A stretch of DNA of 22,684 nt from a virus (taxonomy: Duplodnaviria; Heunggongvirae; Uroviricota; Caudoviricetes): IMG/VR virus record IMGVR_UViG_2711768076_000014, positions 1 to 22,684 of that record, one strand, 5' to 3'. Shown piece by piece: positions 19,862 through 22,684 of the stretch. Under the pieces are notes generated by a model. It was not told the DNA's origin and searched no databases. It saw nothing but the letters and a program-made list of their open reading frames with translations. How positions within the stretch are numbered: position 1 is the first letter of the stretch; each line of letters begins with the position of its first letter. The position numbers and the translations under genes are program-made.

Positions 19862-20047
19862 ATGGCAACGAGTTCAACTAACAACAAGTCGCAGCAACTT
19901 AATGCTCGTTTCCCACATGATGTAGTTGCAGAATTAGAAAGCAACCTTGAAGATGGAGAAACGAAAGCGCAATTCATTGTTACGGCTGTAAAAGGCGAGA
20001 TTAAACGCCGACAGCGCAGGAAAAATAAGCCAGAGCAAGGAAGTTGA
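19862..20047 (+). CDS. Small putative DNA-binding regulator, 61 aa, basic C-terminus
   Basis: AGGAG 8 nt before ATG; the only plus-strand gene in the P4-like module, divergent from the small-gene cluster; basic tail KRRQRRKNK. Confidence 0.45.
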   Translation: MATSSTNNKSQQLNARFPHDVVAELESNLEDGETKAQFIVTAVKGEIKRRQRRKNKPEQGS

Positions 20048-20143
20048 ATAGAGAAGCCAACAGACGTTCTCTCTGTTTCCATGTTAATTTCAGTAAGCGA
20101 CAATATTTTTAAGCCCACAAATTCATTATGTCGGGCTTTTTTA

Positions 20144-20374
20144 TTAGTGATTTTCATATCGCTCACCACGAGAGGCATATATTTGCTCTTGAATCCAGTG
20201 ATCCACTTCGCTTTCAACAAATGAAATTGCACGAGTTCCTATTTTCACCGGACGGGGAAATGTATTGTTTGCAAGCTGTTTGTAAAGCCATGCCTTGCTA
20301 CGCTGAACGCGTCTTAAGACCTCTTTTGCTGAGATAAGAGTCTGATTATCTGAAAAGCTGTTTGCATATTCCAT
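20144..20374 (-). CDS. alpA: AlpA-family phage transcriptional regulator / excisionase-like HTH protein, about 76 aa
   Basis: LISAKEVLRRVQRSKAWLYKQLANNTFPRPVKIGTRAISFVESEVDHWI is the classic AlpA HTH; GGAG 7 nt before the ATG at 20374 (the six-frame ORF extends to 20419). Confidence 0.8.
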   Translation of the reverse strand: MEYANSFSDNQTLISAKEVLRRVQRSKAWLYKQLANNTFPRPVKIGTRAISFVESEVDHWIQEQIYASRGERYENH

Positions 20375-20753
20375 CTTGTTACTCCGTGTTCTACTTAAGT
20401 TCACGGTGACTTTAAACACTGGGAAAAAGTGATTCTAGTGATAATGGAATCTATTAAGACAAATATTGATTCTATTGAAAAACAATAATCTCCACTGAAA
20501 AAAGAAGTAATATTCATATGAAAGAACACGGAGAGAAGGAAATGCACAAAAAAAAAAACAAAATCAATAGAATTCATATGGATAGGATGGAAAATCAAAA
20601 AATCATATGTCAAAAGGTATTATTGCATTTTAACGATTCATATTACCTAGGAATTAGCACAGTATTACACCATATTACATCGTATTACCCCCTATAGCCC
20701 GTTAGAGCCTCTTGTGGCCCTTCTATTGAGAGATAGCCAGAAAATTAATAAAT

Positions 20754-21392
20754 TTACTCTCCGTATTTTATAATGTCTTTCCCAAGCTTTATTTTCTTAT
20801 AAAACGTAGCTTTTTTAACCCCTTTCATTAGAATCTCATTCTCATTACAAAAAGAAACAATATCATTATATATAACACTATTATCGCTATAACTTACCTT
20901 TCCATGTCTCTTAAGCAATTCAATTAGTAAATAAATTAATTTACAACTATAATTATCCTCATCATCTTTTCTGTACTGCCCTCTACCATTACTCCTTAAT
21001 TTTTTACCAACTTCATATAATTCACTTCCTCCTAACGTCATTAGAATATCACTCCAATCTTTATTTTTTACCTGTTGTCGTAATGCGTTCTCAATTCTCT
21101 CCTTAATCTCCACAGGTACAATACCTTCCCTCTGAAAGATATAAGCGGCAGTTAATAATAAGTTCGCCTCCACTTTTTGCGTGGCGGATACGTTTTTATA
21201 TTCATTAATTAATTGTAGATTTCTGGTTATTGCCTTTCTTAATCTAATAACCTCTTTTAATTGAACCTCAGTCAATTCATCATTTTCGGTATCATAGTCA
21301 AAACCATTCATAGCAAGCGCCACTTCGTGTGGCGTTATGTAAGTTAACCTATTAAAATAAAACAAATTATTATCAAATTGAGTATTATTCAT
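20754..21392 (-). CDS. Hypothetical AT-rich cargo protein, 212 aa
   Basis: GGAGAG 6 nt before ATG; starts 30 bp downstream of the integrase stop; visibly AT-rich and Lys/Asn/Ile-rich compared with neighbouring P4-like genes; no motif recognised. Confidence 0.6.
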   Translation of the reverse strand: MNNTQFDNNLFYFNRLTYITPHEVALAMNGFDYDTENDELTEVQLKEVIRLRKAITRNLQLINEYKNVSATQKVEANLLLTAAYIFQREGIVPVEIKERIENALRQQVKNKDWSDILMTLGGSELYEVGKKLRSNGRGQYRKDDEDNYSCKLIYLLIELLKRHGKVSYSDNSVIYNDIVSFCNENEILMKGVKKATFYKKIKLGKDIIKYGE

Positions 21393-21421
21393 TTAAATCT
21401 CTCCGCAGCCCCCAATGGTAA

Positions 21422-22684
21422 TTATTTTCCATGCATACGCGCAAAATCATATGGTGTGACAGATCCATTCTTATTAGCATCAATATAATCAGCCCACCAC
21501 TGCAGCATTAATCTTCTTTCTTCAAGATATTCGGAAGTATGCATATATGAACCTTTCACATTTTTTCGTTCAACGTGGCTTAACTGTCTTTCAATGGCAT
21601 CATCATTCCATAGTTTCGACTCACTTAGCGCACCACGCGCCATAGTTCTAAACCCATGACCACATACTTCAGTTTTCGTATCATATCCCATTACACGTAA
21701 GGCGTTATTTACTGTATTTTCACTCATTACTTTTTTAGGATCATGATCGCTGGGAAATATAACCTCACCTTTACCACTCAAGGCATGTAAACGTTTAAAA
21801 ATATCAAATGCTTGTTTGCTAAGCGGAACAATATGTTCAGTTTTCATCTTCATCCCACGCTCAGAGTGTTTTACGCCGGGAATAGGCTTACGAATTCCGG
21901 GTATTGTCCACTCGCTTCGTTCAAAGTTAACCTCACTCCAGCGAGCAAAACGCATCTCACTTGAACGTATAAATGTGAGTAGCGTTAATTCAACGGCAAG
22001 CCGTGTCATTAGTCGCCCTTTATAGCGTGATAGTCTTTCAAGAAGCTCAGGGATTCTTTTTGGGGGTAGTGCTGGGTGGTGGGTTGCTTTAACGCTTAAA
22101 AGCGCTCCAGCCATATCGCATGCAGGATTTGATTCAAGGAGGTCATTCTGCACACCAAAACGCATAATTGCGGTTACGCGCTGCATCAGTCGCTGCGCGA
22201 CATCATGTTTACCCGCCGTATCGACAGCTTTGATTGGATTGAGAAGCTGGCTGGTTCTCAACGTTCTGGCATCGATTTGACCTATCGAGGGGAAAATATA
22301 CTGCTCAAGTGTCAGCAGAACACGACGGCTATGATCTTCGCTCCAAGTAAGGTTACTTGCGTGCCATTGCCTTGCGATAGTTTCAAATAAATATGCCCCC
22401 TCAATTTCAGCTTGTGCCCCCTTTTGCTCAGCTTTGGGGTCAATACCCTGAGACAACAATTTCTTTGCTGCATCGCGCTTACCCCGCGCTTCAGCCAAAG
22501 TGACCGTCGGGTATACACCAAAAGCGAGTCGATCTTCCTTTTTGTCAGAGGGGCGGCGATATTTCATGCGCCAGTACTTAGAACCTTTAGGGGAGACCTC
22601 AAGATACAAACCGCCTCCATCAGCCATTTTATAAGCTTTCTCTTTCGGCTTTGCGGTCTCTATCTGGCGAGCGTTGAGTTTCAT
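21422..22684 (-). CDS. int: P4-type tyrosine integrase, 420 aa
   Basis: N-terminal MKLNARQIETAKPKEKAYKMADGGGLYLEVSPKGSKYWRMKYR is the P4-integrase arm-binding signature; C-terminal catalytic region with HGFRTMARG and a downstream Tyr; start codon at the window edge, tRNA presumably just beyond. Confidence 0.9.
   Translation of the reverse strand: MKLNARQIETAKPKEKAYKMADGGGLYLEVSPKGSKYWRMKYRRPSDKKEDRLAFGVYPTVTLAEARGKRDAAKKLLSQGIDPKAEQKGAQAEIEGAYLFETIARQWHASNLTWSEDHSRRVLLTLEQYIFPSIGQIDARTLRTSQLLNPIKAVDTAGKHDVAQRLMQRVTAIMRFGVQNDLLESNPACDMAGALLSVKATHHPALPPKRIPELLERLSRYKGRLMTRLAVELTLLTFIRSSEMRFARWSEVNFERSEWTIPGIRKPIPGVKHSERGMKMKTEHIVPLSKQAFDIFKRLHALSGKGEVIFPSDHDPKKVMSENTVNNALRVMGYDTKTEVCGHGFRTMARGALSESKLWNDDAIERQLSHVERKNVKGSYMHTSEYLEERRLMLQWWADYIDANKNGSVTPYDFARMHGK

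Larger units (their letters stand above)
11007..22684 (-). mobile_element. P4-like satellite prophage / integrative element, about 11.7 kb, carrying a retron
   Basis: P4-type integrase, AlpA, primase, Sid/Psu/Ogr-Delta homologues, iterons and TGT-N12-ACA late-promoter dyads; size close to P4; the tRNA-proximal end lies beyond the window. Confidence 0.7.

Noticed and set aside
19498-20232. 244-aa minus-strand ORF
   Set aside because: Runs through the repeat-containing control region and overlaps both the 61-aa plus-strand gene and the alpA 3' end; only its last about 58 codons (from the SD-supported ATG at 19674) are plausible coding sequence.
22600-22684. Search for the leuX tRNA gene
   Set aside because: The window ends at the integrase start codon; the tRNA and proximal att are expected just outside and cannot be seen. 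No tRNA or rRNA gene was recognised inside the window.

Overview
Mosaic accessory region bounded by a sialic-acid esterase gene (nanS/yjhS-like, 1..981) and a complete P4-type tyrosine integrase (21422..22684, start codon at the window edge). It appears to hold two horizontally acquired modules. (1) About 11007..22684 is a P4-like satellite prophage: integrase, AT-rich cargo gene, AlpA regulator, small ORFs, zinc-finger/Toprim/P-loop primase, iterons, two TGT-N12-ACA late-promoter dyads, Sid-like, Psu-like and Ogr/Delta-like genes, a cos-like GC-rich dyad, and at its distal end a type II retron (msr-msd hairpin, accessory protein, reverse transcriptase). (2) About 982..11006 is a defence island with no integrase of its own: a McrA-like HNH endonuclease, an AbiEi/AbiEii module, an unassigned 277-aa gene, and an EcoR124-family type IC restriction-modification system (hsdM-hsdS-hsdR) with three tandem TAEL repeats in HsdS. 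A degenerate copy of the leuX 3' end at 11007..11022 may mark the boundary between the two. Candidates for undescribed functions are the 277-aa gene (3646..4479), the AT-rich 212-aa gene beside int (20754..21392), and the HNH protein's non-McrA N-terminal domain. All calls rest on reading the sequence and recalled family motifs; no database search was run.
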